Shown here piece after piece: positions 25,430 through 38,000 of a DNA stretch of 54,691 bases. Every line of letters begins with the position of its first letter. The stretch's first letter is position 1. The notes below the pieces were generated by a model. It did no database searches. It saw nothing but the letters and a program-made list of their open reading frames with translations, and had not been told where the DNA came from. The stretch comes from Girardia tigrina (Eukaryota), in NCBI GenBank assembly GCA_001938485.1, contig MQRK01215702.1:1-54691 (forward strand), in the 5' to 3' direction. A program made the position numbers and the translations under genes.

Positions 25430-25960
25430 TGCTTTTAACAATGAATTTTTAAAGTTTTAAACAATGAATTAAATTTAAAAATTATATCACGATCTCATAA
25501 AATTCAAAATATGTTCAGTAATAAATCTATTACACCTTTAACACTTTGTTCTGATATTGTTTATGAATATAAATGTANNNNNNNNNNNNNNNNNNNNNNN
25601 NNNNNNNNNNNNNNNNNNNNNNNNNNNNNNNNNNNNNNNNNNNNNNNNNNNNNNNNNNNNNNNNNNNNNNNNNNNNNNNNNNNNNNNNNNNNNNNNNNNN
25701 NNNNNNNNNNNNNNNNNNNNNNNNNNNNNNNNNNNNNNNNNNNNNNNNNNNNNNNNNNNNNNNNNNNNNNNNNNNNNNNNNNNNNNNCCCTAAAATCAAT
25801 GTTCAATCGGTAGTCTCAACCAGCTTATTGAGAATTTTTGATTAGCATGATTTCATGCAACCGATTACATAATCATCATTTTTGTATTTATATACAGGTG
25901 AATTGACTATTAATTAGTGACCTGAAGATGACGGTAGATCCGTCGAAATATATTGTCTTG
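25430..25960 (+). mobile_element. Penelope-like element 3' fragment
   Basis: MFSNKSITPLTLCSDIVYEYKC...PKINVQ flank a gap; hammerhead downstream. Confidence 0.7.
25919..25957 (+). ncRNA. Minimal type I hammerhead ribozyme
   Basis: GAC-CUGAAGA-U-GACGG/uagau/CCGUC-GAAA-UAUA-UU-GUC. Confidence 0.8.
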
Positions 25961-27076
25961 AAATATATTTTTAAATGGATGACTTTGGTTATTAAAAAAA
26001 GATTTTAAATATATATTTAATTTTTTTATGATTTTCTTTTATTATATCATTTTTAATTTTTAAAATATTTAAAAAACACATTAAAAACATATTTTATTTT
26101 TAAATACGTATTTCATTTTTTAATAGTTGTTTTATTATATCATTTTAATTATAAAATATTTACCAAGCATATTGACATTAAAATATTTTACCTTTTAAAT
26201 TAAAAAAATAATAAATTATTCTGGTGAGATACAAATTTAAATTAACCCCTCATAGTTATAGAAATAAATATTAGCGGCATGAGTTTTACTTTTGAATCCG
26301 AACTCAATAATTATAAAATAAGAATTGAGTTTTTTAAAAGGTTTTAGGAATTGCTCAGAATCAAAAGATCCTCAAAGTTAATAATGATACAAAACGTCAA
26401 ATTTTCCAATTATTATATTTAAACTAATATTGTTTTCTCCAGGCGCCTAAATAATATGTTAATCATTGGGATATACAGCCATAAAAGTTGATTGTATGAA
26501 AATAAAACCTCGTCTCACCAAGAAAAAATTATAAAATAAATTTGCTCTAATATTTCTCGATAAATCTTTTCAGATTTTCAAATGATCTGAACTTTAATTT
26601 TTTTATTAAAAATAATTAAAATTATTTAGATATTCTACTAAATTTTTTTGTGTGAAAAGATTGTCCTTTAGAAAATATTTATTCATTTTTCGAAAAGAAA
26701 CTTAATTCTCTCAATATTTACTTTGAAAGTTTTTATAACAATAATATTACTGTTTATTTTGTTGCAGCTGTTCGAATTGATAACGATTTAATTCGAAAAT
26801 TTAAAAAAAAACTTTAAAATTTATGACATGAATATTAAAGATCTTGTAAATCTAAGAATATTGTTGAATGATTAAATATAATTATACTTATTTCTGTGAT
26901 TAAGAATTATTAATTATTATTTGGAAAGAGTGGCATTTAAATCATTATATATAGGATCTTTGGATCTTAAAATTAACAAGCAAGCTGCCCGTTCTAAAAC
27001 CTTATTAAGAGTTATTTTTAAGTTTGATATCTTCTTTCCATAGATTATTTCTTTCATCTGATTTTTGAAAAATCTG

Positions 27077-27080
<4 letters not shown>

Positions 27081-27109
<29 letters not shown>

Positions 27110-27159
27110 NNNNNNNNNNNNNNNNNNNNNNNNNNNNNNNNNNNNNNNNNNNNNNNNNN

Positions 27160-27221
<62 letters not shown>
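27081..27221. repeat. (AT)n microsatellite spanning a gap
   Basis: AT runs on both sides of an N gap. Confidence 0.9.
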
Positions 27222-27223
<2 letters not shown>

Positions 27224-27740
27224 GTGTATGTATTAAAATATACACATACAATTTAAAAACTTTTCGAACTGGACAAACTTCACATTAATAAAACATAGTA
27301 AAAAATGCAATTTTCAAATTTAAGAAAATTACAGTAACAGTTAAAAAGTTATTTTAATAAGTCGTTTTCTTTATATGTTTTCTGAAAAAGACCACAGCTT
27401 ATAGTATCTTTTTCAGAGCTCCTTTCTTCTTTAAACTAAGAACATAAACATCAACAATATTAGTTAATTTAAAAACATTCTAAAATTGCTACAAGTGAGA
27501 ACATTTCTTACTTTTACTAAAAGTCGCACAAATCCTCAATGGAATTTTCGAATAATTTATGTTAAGGATATTCGAATGATGTTTGAATTTAATTTTGAAA
27601 CATGATATCTTTCCCTGGACAATTGGAATAAAAAAATAATTAATCCAAAAGAAATTATTATGAATTGTATAATTATTTAATTGTTATTTAACAATTAATA
27701 AAATATATAATTGTTTTAATTTTTGGACATTCGGTAATTA

Positions 27741-28239
27741 TTTATTTTCAAGACAATTTGAATTGCCTTTTGGACAACTGTCAGCCAAGCTTTCAGAATT
27801 TGAAATCTTTCTAAATTGATAAATTTTTATTAATAAACAATTATTCGAACAAATTTTTATTATAAATCATTGCAGATTTTATTTTTAAAAATTCTACTTT
27901 AATAATTTCGGTAATAATTTTATCTAAAGTTCAATTAAATTTAAAAAATTATTTTATTTAAAGAAAAACATTTATTTACTTAAAATTAAAAACAAATTAA
28001 AAGTTATTTACTTTATTGAAATTTTTGATATCAAAATTTGAAGCAATTTAATATTTTAAAAGTTTTTTTTATATATTATGCTGTACTTTAAAATGCAAAT
28101 TATACTCGAATAATTATTCATCGTGAATATCCAAAATATCAATTTTCCATGTGGGTGGGAGAAACACATTTCCAAATACTAAACTCAACATACAAAATTC
28201 AACATACCAATTGCAACATACCAAATTTAAAATATTCCT
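27741..28239 (-). mobile_element. Eroded solo LTR, TGTGAGG family
   Basis: Colinear with 6459-6989 over about 500 bp; both termini lost. Confidence 0.8.
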
Positions 28240-30420
28240 AAGAGGGATAATAGTCTGTATTAGAAAGCTAACAAAAATCAGTTGATCATCATTTATTATC
28301 TATATATGTATAAGTACTATAGTAATATTACCCATATTTATATTAAACAATAGATTTTTATTTATATTATAGTAGGAATTTTCTTTCCTTTTTCATTCCC
28401 TAGGGGGACGTATTTTTTGAGTGACTGCCTCTAGTAGGTTAGAATTAGGTACAGAAAGTTTATATTATTGTGTGCTTATATTATTTATAAAAAACTGCTT
28501 AGTATTGTTATTAATACAATAAATAATAATTTTAAAATTTTAATGACAATAGCAATTAACGAATATTTTTCCATAGATAGTTTCATAATAAATTAGCTTG
28601 GATTCCGAAAATCCACAATTGACAACGTCGTTATTAGTGAATTGTTGTTGTCTAGGAAATAGTCGGGAATGTCTAATTTTTGCTTGTTGTTGTATGACTG
28701 TTTCTTGTTGTTTGTGCTAGTTATCAAGTTACTGTTGGGGTCCATTATTTGTGAGGGTCTGCTAGTTGTCGTCTTTTGTAGAGAGAATTTTTTTAAATTA
28801 TGTTCATTTTTCATTCTGACCCCAGCGTATTTATAAAGATAACATAGATGGCAAATGATGTATTTCGTCGAGACTACCTTTTAATAAATATTATGAATAA
28901 AAAAAATAATTAATTAAGGTAAAACAAATTTAATTGACAACAATTTTAATAACGGACTAATAAAAAGAAAAATAATATCACAAATACTGAGGAAGGGAAA
29001 TGGTTAACAATATAGAGAGTTCAAATGCATTTTTCAATTATTTTATACTTCGAATGTAAACTTTTGGCTGTTTGTTTGAGAATTGTTTGTTGTAATATGG
29101 AAACTAATCAATATCTACTTTCAACTAGCGATCGTATATGTATCCCCATGATTGAGAATATTATTTATACAATGTCGGATGATATTGTTCACAAAATTTC
29201 GAATAATAATTATTCTGGGAAAAGGTGATAATTTCGTCCACGTAATGGCGAACAAAAGGTATATAAATGTTTAATCAGAGACTACTTATAACATTGCTAA
29301 TAACATTTTAAATTATTATTTTTTATTTTATTAATGATTTTTGTAAGTAGCGTTTATACCACTTTCATTGATATCACATTCCGAAGTCATAATTTAACAG
29401 TACAAAATTTATTAATATCAACAATTCACATACTTAAACAAATTTCTTATTAATTCAATTATTTCGCCAAAAATTAATTCATAATTTTTTTCGATTAAAT
29501 TTTGAAAATTTTCGAAATTTAAACTTCACATTATACTTACATTTTTTTACGAAAATTTTACAAAATTCAAATTTTAAATTATTTTACATTTTTCAAATTA
29601 AACTTCAAATTATATTTAAATTTTTTACGAAAATTCTACTGTGATATTAAATGAATTATTTAATTAAATATGAAATTCGAATAAAAAGTGCTTGTTTAAA
29701 TATTGTAAAAATTGTAGTTTTTCAAATATATGTTTAGTATTATTAAATCTTAATTTTTAATTCGATTTTATATAACATGGCGACAAGATCAGAAAAACAG
29801 TTTCATGGAGGAATTTTTGTTTAAAGAAAAGGAATTTAAAAATTTGTTTTTGTTTTTAAAAAACATTCAGCGAACCAAACGAAAATTAGAGAACACGTGA
29901 AAAATGTGTTGGAATTCATCAAATTATTTACGTTTGGTGAAAACGAAAAAGGATGAATTGCAACTTTTCCAAAAATATTTTGATGATGAAATCAATAAAG
30001 AAATCAAAAACGATCCATCATACGATGTTGGATCCGAAAATCTTGATGATTACTGTGAGGAATATTTGGTGTGTGGATGTTTTTGTGTAGTTTTTGCATG
30101 TTCAAATGTTGTATGTTGATTTGGGATTGTGCCTCTCCTAACCAGATGGATTATCAATATTTAATTTTTTATAATCTGAAACTAATTTATTTAAATTTAG
30201 ATTTAATATTCAATTTTTTAGTTTTTATTATTGAAACTTTTAAATAATTTTAATGATTTGATTTTTGTAAATTTTTAAATAATTAAAATCAAATTAATGT
30301 TTAAAAATGACTATAAAAATATTTTATTTTAGCCAATCAAATTTAAATTAAATATTTTTAAATAAAATAATCTTATCAAGTATAGTTTAGATTATAATGG
30401 GAGATATTGAAAATTGATTG

Positions 30421-31560
30421 ATGGATTCTAGTGAAACCAATAATATTGATCATCATAAAGATGATAAAAATTGTGAATGTAATAAATGTTCTGTCAAATG
30501 TGTGAGTTCTCTTAACATGGTGACTTCACACCACGTGACTCCGAACATCAAAGGTCCAGAAACATTCAATGGATCCGAGCACAAGTTAGAAGAATTCCTG
30601 ATAAGTTTTAACAGGTATTCAAAGATTATGGGATTATCAGAGGAGAGAAAAATCCTACTGGTAACACCCTACATGACTCCAGAGGCGATTCTGAGATACG
30701 AGAAGGCCCCAGGGAGTACTTGCGAAGAGAAAATGCGAGCAGCATTTTCAAAAGAGAAATCTATTTTGGATTTGATGAAAGATCTCATTGAGTTATGAGT
30801 AGGTTGCGTGACCCGTCATTTGCGTTCCGCAAAGCAGATGAGATAATCGAAAAATTAGTGAAGAAAAAGTTTGGTAAGAAAGAACTATCAAACTTGGTCT
30901 ATGCTAATATGATTGATGATGATAACTTCGATCAAGAGATAGCGATTCGAGATGTAACAAAGGTAGAGAAAATCGAAAACATACAAATGAGGATGTATGA
31001 ATATGGGAAAAAGAAAAGAAATTCACCGATTGCAGCATATAACACAAGGAAAGAAAACGATTGGAAAACTGTGGAGAATAAAAGAAGAACACCAAAACTA
31101 CGGAAGGACGATGAAAGAGAGACGGTACAAGTCGAAACTATGAAGTCAGAGAAATAATTTGTTGGGCATGCCATGAGGAAGGTCATGTTAGAAGAGAATG
31201 TCCGAACGTTAAGTGTAGTCACTGTCAAAGAAGAGGACATTTACGAACACAACGTTATGAAAACCCAAATAGGTTTAAAGAACGTGACCAACGCAAATGG
31301 GACAATAATAGAAATCATTGGAATGACAGGAGAGATTATTCTAATCAGAGATATAGAGAACGACCGGCATATATGAATAAGAAACAACACTTGGCGGAGT
31401 TAGACGACAGAGATGATGAAATGTATAGGAGATCGGAAATGTCTGTTAGAAGATAAGAGAATACAACAGGAGATTATTCTAGAGGTAAAAGAAGATCCGG
31501 AGACGAACAGGGAAACGAGGACGCACGATCACAAGGGGAGGTGATCAGTGTGCTTCATTA
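30421..31560 (+). pseudogene. Inner Gypsy gag (frameshifted)
   Basis: ORF pieces 30418-30798 and 30795-31157; CWACHEEGH and CSHCQRRGH zinc knuckles. Confidence 0.85.
31510..31553 (+). promoter_or_regulatory. -1 programmed ribosomal frameshift signal (gag-pol)
   Basis: G GGA AAC heptamer in the gag frame, 6-nt spacer, stem GCAC-GATCAC/GTGATC-A-GTGTGC; the -1 frame runs uninterrupted into the protease ORF at 31579. Confidence 0.7.
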
Positions 31561-34500
31561 GAAACCAAATGTAAATGTATGTTTGATTGTATGTATGAAT
31601 GTGTGTGTGATTGTATGTTTGATTTTACGGATGGAAATATTTCTCAAGAGATGTGCGAACTTGAATGCAAAGATATTGTAAATCGAGAACAGTGTAATTG
31701 TATGACAACTCAAGATGATAAGAAACTAAATGGTAAAACGGAAATATTGAAGATATCAAAGTTTAAGATAAATTATAAAGAACTGAATGGACGTCCATGT
31801 GTGGATTTTTACGTGAAAGATAGAAAACTTCATTGCCTTTTGTACACTGGAGCAAGAGTAAATGTAATTAAAGCGGAGATAATTAAAAACATGAAAGATA
31901 TTAAAATAAGAGAAACGAAAAAACGTATCCATTGCGCAAATGATTCAGGACTGATCAATTATGGAATCGTTCAATTAAATGTGGCTATTGAGGGAACAGA
32001 AAAGTTAATAGAATTTTATGTGGTTAAAGAACTAGACCCCGAAATGATCGCAGGTATAGATTTCTTGGATAAATTCGGAATAAAACTGAAAAGACAGATA
32101 CCTCGAGGTGGAGAAATATTGGTGATTAGAGACAACCCATCAGATGAGGACAGACAAAGAAGAATAATGGATATATTTGGCAAGCAAATTGACGGGTAAT
32201 TAATGAAGATTCTAGCAAATTATAAATCAGTATTCATGGCTGATAAGTGCGATATTGGGAAAACATCATTAACAAAACACAGAATAGAAACACACGGGGA
32301 TCCAATACTAGTAAAACCTTATCGTCAACCAAAACACTTTGAGGACAAATTGGATGATGTTATTAAAAATTTCGAAGAAAATGACATAATCGAAAAGTGT
32401 AGCTCACCATGGAATTTCCCNNNNNNNNNNNNNNNNNNNNNNNNNNNNNNNNNNNNNNNNNNNNNNNNNNNNNNNNNNCAGTTGAATAGAATTACCGTCA
32501 GGCCAGCGTTTCCTATGCCAAATGTAGATGACATGCTGAACACACTGAATGGTGTGCAATATTTTAGTACAATTGATCTTGGGAACGCGTATTACCAAGT
32601 CGATTTGGAAGAAGAATCAAAGATTAAAACAGCATTCTCAACAAGGAACGGACAGTATTGTTTCAAAAGAATGCCGTTCGGGATAGCAGCAGCCCCAGCA
32701 ACTCTCCAAGAGCTAATGGTCAAAGTCCTAGGAGATTTAAACTGGAAAGAGGCAGTAGTATATTTGGACGATATTTTGGTTTTTGCAAAAAATAAAGAAG
32801 AGCATATGCAACGAATAAAAAATGTACTGGAAAAAATAAAGGAAGCAGATTTAAGAATTAACCCAGAAAAGTGTCAATTTTTAACAGAAAGAACAAAATT
32901 TTTAGGATATATTGTCAGTAAGAATGGTATTGAAACTGATCAAACAAAGATTGAAGCCATTAAAAAATTTCAGAACCCATCATGCATCAAACATCTGAAA
33001 AGTTTCTTGAGTCTAACAAATTACTACAGAAAATTTTTAAAAGATTACGCAAAATACTCAAAAGTATTGGAGGGTTTATGTGGTAAGAATAAAGACAAGA
33101 AAATAATATGGACTGAAGNNNNNNNNNNNNNNNNNNNNNNNNNNNNNNNNNNNNNNNNNNNNNNNNNNNNNNNNNNNNNNNNNNNNNNNNNNNNNNNNNN
33201 NNNNNNNNNNNNNNNNNNNNNNNNNNNNNNNNNNNNNNNNNNNNNNNNNNNNNNNNNNNNNNNNNNNNNNNNNNNNNNNNNNNNNNNNNNNNNNNNNNNN
33301 NNNNNNNNNNNNNNNNNNNNNNNNNNNNNNNNNNNNNNNNNNNNNNNNNNNNNNNNNNNNNNNNNNNNNNNNNNNNNNNNNNNNNNNNNNNNNNNNNNNN
33401 NNNNNNNNNNNNNNNNNNNNNNNNNNNNNNNNNNNNNNNNNNNNNNNNNNNNNNNNNNNNNNNNNNNNNNNNNNNNNNNNNNNNNNNNNNNNNNNNNNNN
33501 NNNNNNNNNNNNNNNNNNNNNNNNNNNNNNNNNNNNNNNNNNNNNNNNNNNNNNNNNNNNNNNNNNNNNNNNNNNNNNNNNNNNNNNNNNNNNNNNNNNN
33601 NNNNNNNNNNNNNNNNNNNNNNNNNNNNNNNNNNNNNNNNNNNNNNNNNNNNNNNNNNNNNNNNNNNNNNNNNNNNNNNNNNNNNNNNNNNNNNNNNNNN
33701 NNNNNNNNNNNNNNNNNNNNNNNNNNNNNNNNNNNNNNNNNNNNNNNNNNNNNNNNNNNNNNNNNNNNNNNNNNNNNNNNNNNNNNNNNNNNNNNNNNNN
33801 NNNNNNNNNNNNNNNNNNNNNNNNNNNNNNNNNNNNNNNNNNNNNNNNNNNNNNNNNNNNNNNNNNNNNNNNNNNNNNNNNNNACTGTCAAAAAAGAAAG
33901 ACTTTAACCACAAAAACGAAAGAAAGTTTTATTAAACAATTTGCTGATGAACCATTTCAAAAGCTGTATATGGATTTTTGCGGACCATTTAAAAGGACTT
34001 TGGATATCAATATATATTAGCTATAATTGATCAATTTAGCAGGTATATAAGTCTAAATGCTGTAATTCATCAAGATAAGAAAACTACTCGGAAGGTACTA
34101 CTGGAAAGATGGATTTGGAAATTCGGACCAACAAAAGAGATCCATGTGGATAGATGTAAAGCATTCGAATCGACACTCTTCAAAGATACACTGAAGAGAT
34201 TTAAAGCATAAATAATTTATTCCAGTCCTTATCATCACAATATCAATGGCATCATTGAAAGACAAATAAAATAAGACGGAAATATTGCCAGAAGTAGAAT
34301 TTATGATGAACAGCACAATTCAAGCTACCACAGGAATCTCACCAGCAGAAATTATATTTGGTAGGAAGCTAAGACATTGGTGGAAAGATACTAAGAAACA
34401 GAGTTGTAATAAGAAAGAAAAGAGCGAAAATACGATAGAGACAAAACGAATATTTCATACAGAGGATAAAGTGTTGATAAAAAAAGAAAATGCTACAAAG

Positions 34501-34638
34501 GAAGAAGATCGATATATGGGTCCAGCCACAGTAAAAAGCAGAAGACATGAAAGAAGTTATGAATTGGAGCTAGATGATGGTAGAATTTTGATCAAAAATA
34601 TGGAATGGCTAAAGCTATTTAAATCGAGGGGGATGTGA
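31510..34638 (+). pseudogene. Inner Gypsy pol (PR-RT-RH-IN), disrupted
   Basis: ORFs 31579-32199, 32203-34020, 34285-34638; RNaseH lies in an N gap. Confidence 0.9.
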
Positions 34639-35097
34639 GGAATATTTGGTGTGTGGATGTTTTTGTGTAGTTTTTGCATGTTCAAATGTTGTATGTTGAC
34701 TTGGGATTGTGCCTCTCCTAACCAGATGGATTATCAATATTTATTTTTTTATAATCTGAAACTAATTTATTTAAATTTAGATTTAATATTCAAATTTTTA
34801 GTTTTTATTATTGAAACTTTTAAATAATTTTAATGATTTGATTTTTGTAAATTTTTAAATAATTAAAATCAAATTAATGTTTAAAAATGACTATAAAAAT
34901 ATTTTATTTGAGCCAATCAAATTTAAATTAAATATTTTTAAATATAATAATATTATCAAGTATAGTTTAGATTATAATCGGAGATATTGAAAATTGATTG
35001 ATGGATTCTAGTGAAAGCAATAGTATTGATCATCATAAAGATGATAAGAAATGTGAAGGTAATAAATGTCCTGTCAAATGTTTGAGTTCTCTTAACA

Positions 35098-38000
35098 ATT
35101 ACATTCAACGAATGTTTAAATTATTAGAAAAGAAGGAGTCAAAAATAAGCAATATCAAACCAATATTTCAGATAATTCAGAATAAAAATGAAAATATCAT
35201 CGAATACGCCAAAATAATACGCATAGGAAGTTTAGGAATAAAAGAAATCAAGGAAGATATAATGATCGAAGCTTTCTTGGAAGGTTTGGCATATAAGAAA
35301 ATCGCAAAAATTGTCCGGTTATTTAAACCAAAAACATTAGAAGAAGTGATTGACCTTATAAAGGACGAGCAAGAACCAGAAAATATTTTCGAGAATGGCC
35401 AAAATTTTTATTACATTAAAAATGATCAGGAAAGTTTGAAACTGCTGAAACTTGAAAATGAAGAACTTAAGAATGAGATACGACAATTGAAATCGATAAT
35501 ATCGAGAATAAGAGAAAAACCACAGCCAAGAAAATATGATCCAGTAAATATGACTGGAAATTTCCCTAAATATTCTATGGATAAAAGAGAGTGTTTCACC
35601 TGTAAAAGGATAGGACATATTGCTAAATTTTTCAGGGAACGCAAATGTTACGGTTGTGGAGCGACAAACCACGTAATTCGGGATTGCGGAATAAAACGAT
35701 TAAGATATTTTCAGGAAGATGAGCAAGAAGTTTTAAGTAACGGGCCATCAGAGAAGGAGAATACTGAATTGCAGGATAATCAAATTAATATGATAAACAA
35801 GTCAGAATGGAACAAAGGAAAGTCAAAGGCCATTTTTATGAACAAACCAATGTTGGAAGAAGCATATAGTAATTATATTCACGGTCAAGGAGCGCTACCA
35901 AAAAAGAATCTGTATAAGTAGGAACCGACGTTAATATCAGAATCAAGACCCGAGAAAGCGAGAAATAAACCGATTGTTCAGTGTAATATGGCGAATATGC
36001 CAGTCAAAGTCATTCGACACAGGTGCTGACTTAAATGTCATCAGTCATGAGTTGGTGGAGAAGATTTGTGAACGAAATCCAGACGTAAACATTTATGATT
36101 CAAGAAAGATAACATGTGCAAATGGTACTACGGAAGAATGCATAGGAAAGGTTCAACTTAATGTGGCAATCGGACCACATATTACAGCCCATGTTTTCGA
36201 CATTATGCCTAAAATATTTCCCCACATTTTCTAGGACTACACAACTAGGAGGGTCCGCGTTGGGGGGTCGTAATGCGGGATACAACCGGATAGAGACTCA
36301 AAATATCGAATTATACAAAATTATTGTATCAGATAATGTTACTACGAGTGTTTATGAAGATTATTTTATTAAAGGAATGATAGTGGACAGTTACAACGAA
36401 AGAATGAGTGATGAAAACCGATAATTTATTTTTACAGGAGAAAAAGAGAAGCTCAGCGAAAAAGGCCTGATGGCAATGGATAGCCTTATCAAATGTTATG
36501 ACGGATATGTTTGGATCAGATTAACTAATATTGAAGGAGGAAGAAGACAGATACGTACTAGGATAATCTTGGGTTATGTAGAGTTATATCATGAAGATGA
36601 ACAAACGACAGAAAAAAAGATCAATATACAGCCTATCGAAGGAGAATCAGAAAAAAAGAGGAAATCGCAATTGAAGAAACGCTGAAGAGCATTAACGAAT
36701 CCATTAAAGCACCGAACGAACAGGCAAGAAATAGCCTAATGGAAATTATACGGGCAAATAAAGATATTTTTAGTACGTATAGACTGGATATCAGGAAAAG
36801 TGATCGAATTGAACACACCATTGAGACCGAAAATGAAAAGCCAATTAATTTTAAACCTAGAAGGATACCCCTGGGACTTGAACAAAAAGTGCAAGTAATG
36901 ATCGAGGAAATGGAAAAGAAAGGAATTATCAGACCTAGCACGTCCGCTTGGAACTTTCCAGTCGTAGTGGCTAAGAAAAAGAATGAAGATATTCGACTAT
37001 GCGTAGATTATAGAGCCCTGAATGCGAAAACAAACAGACCGATATTTCCAATACCATCTTCAGAAGAGATTTTCGATAGTATTGGGGGATCTAAATATTT
37101 TTCTACTCTCGATATATCAAGTGGGTATCACCAAGTACCAGTTGCAGCAGGAGATGTACATAAGACTACATTCAGTACCAGACACGGTCAATACGAGTTT
37201 CTCAGAATACCATTTAGGTTATGTGGTGCCCCTGTAACCTTTCAGAGATTAATGAACTTAATTTTAAGAAAAGAAAATTGGATCAACTGTGTTATATATC
37301 TTGATGATATTTTGATTTTTGGAAAGACGATAGAAGAACACAATCAAAGGTTAGAAATGGTGTTATCGAGAATAAAACAAGCAGGACTAAAATTAGCTCC
37401 AACAAAATGCCAGTTTATGCAAACAGAGATAAAATATTTAGGTCATGTAATCAACGAAGATGGCGTGAAGACAGATCCTGAAAAATCAAGAGCATTAAAG
37501 AATGGAAGTTACCAGGCTGCAAAAAAGAATTACAGACATTCTTAGGATTTTGCAACTATTATCGCAGGTTTATCAAGGATTATGCTATAATGTCTAGTCC
37601 TTTAAGTTCGATGTTAAAAAACGATTCGAAATTTGTGTGGACAGACGAATCGAGAAGTATGTTTTACAGACTCAAGGAACATCTCACACAACCTCCTGTT
37701 TTAGCTTTACCTATAAAAGACGGTAAATATATGTTAGATACGGACGCATCCCATGATGCAATTGGTGCAGTGTTATCACAAATCCAAAATGGAGAAGAAC
37801 GAGTTATTTATTATGCCTCGAAAACACTTACTAAGAGCCAGAGACAATATTGTATTACTCGAAAGGAACTGTTAGCAATCCATACGTTTGTTTTGAAATT
37901 TAAACATTACTTGATAAGATCACATTTTCTTGTCAGGACGGATCATCAGGCACTAAAATGGCTTTTAAACTGGAATAGCCCAAACACATCACAGTACTGT

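Larger units (their letters stand above)
30054..35097 (+). mobile_element. Ty3/Gypsy LTR retrotransposon (inner, TGTGAGG family), nested in the outer gag
   Basis: 464-bp LTRs 30054-30517 and 34634-35097 (14 substitutions by manual count); TSD ATTAC; PBS-like TGGTGAC at 30518; PPT GAGGGGGA; gag, protease (D to Y, LLYTGA), RT YLDD, integrase, GPY/F-like tail. Confidence 0.95.

Noticed and set aside
27054-27256. YIYI-repeat ORFs (also 50578-50833)
   Set aside because: Translations of (AT)n microsatellites
28593-28814. 73-aa ORF downstream of TATAAATA
   Set aside because: Low-complexity N/K/T-rich peptide, no recognisable homology or splice partners
30386-30390. Conserved splice or trans-splice acceptor (YAG) upstream of the LTR ATG in several copies
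   Set aside because: TTAG/ACAG is frequent in AT-rich DNA and the spacing to the ATG varies; unsupported without transcripts
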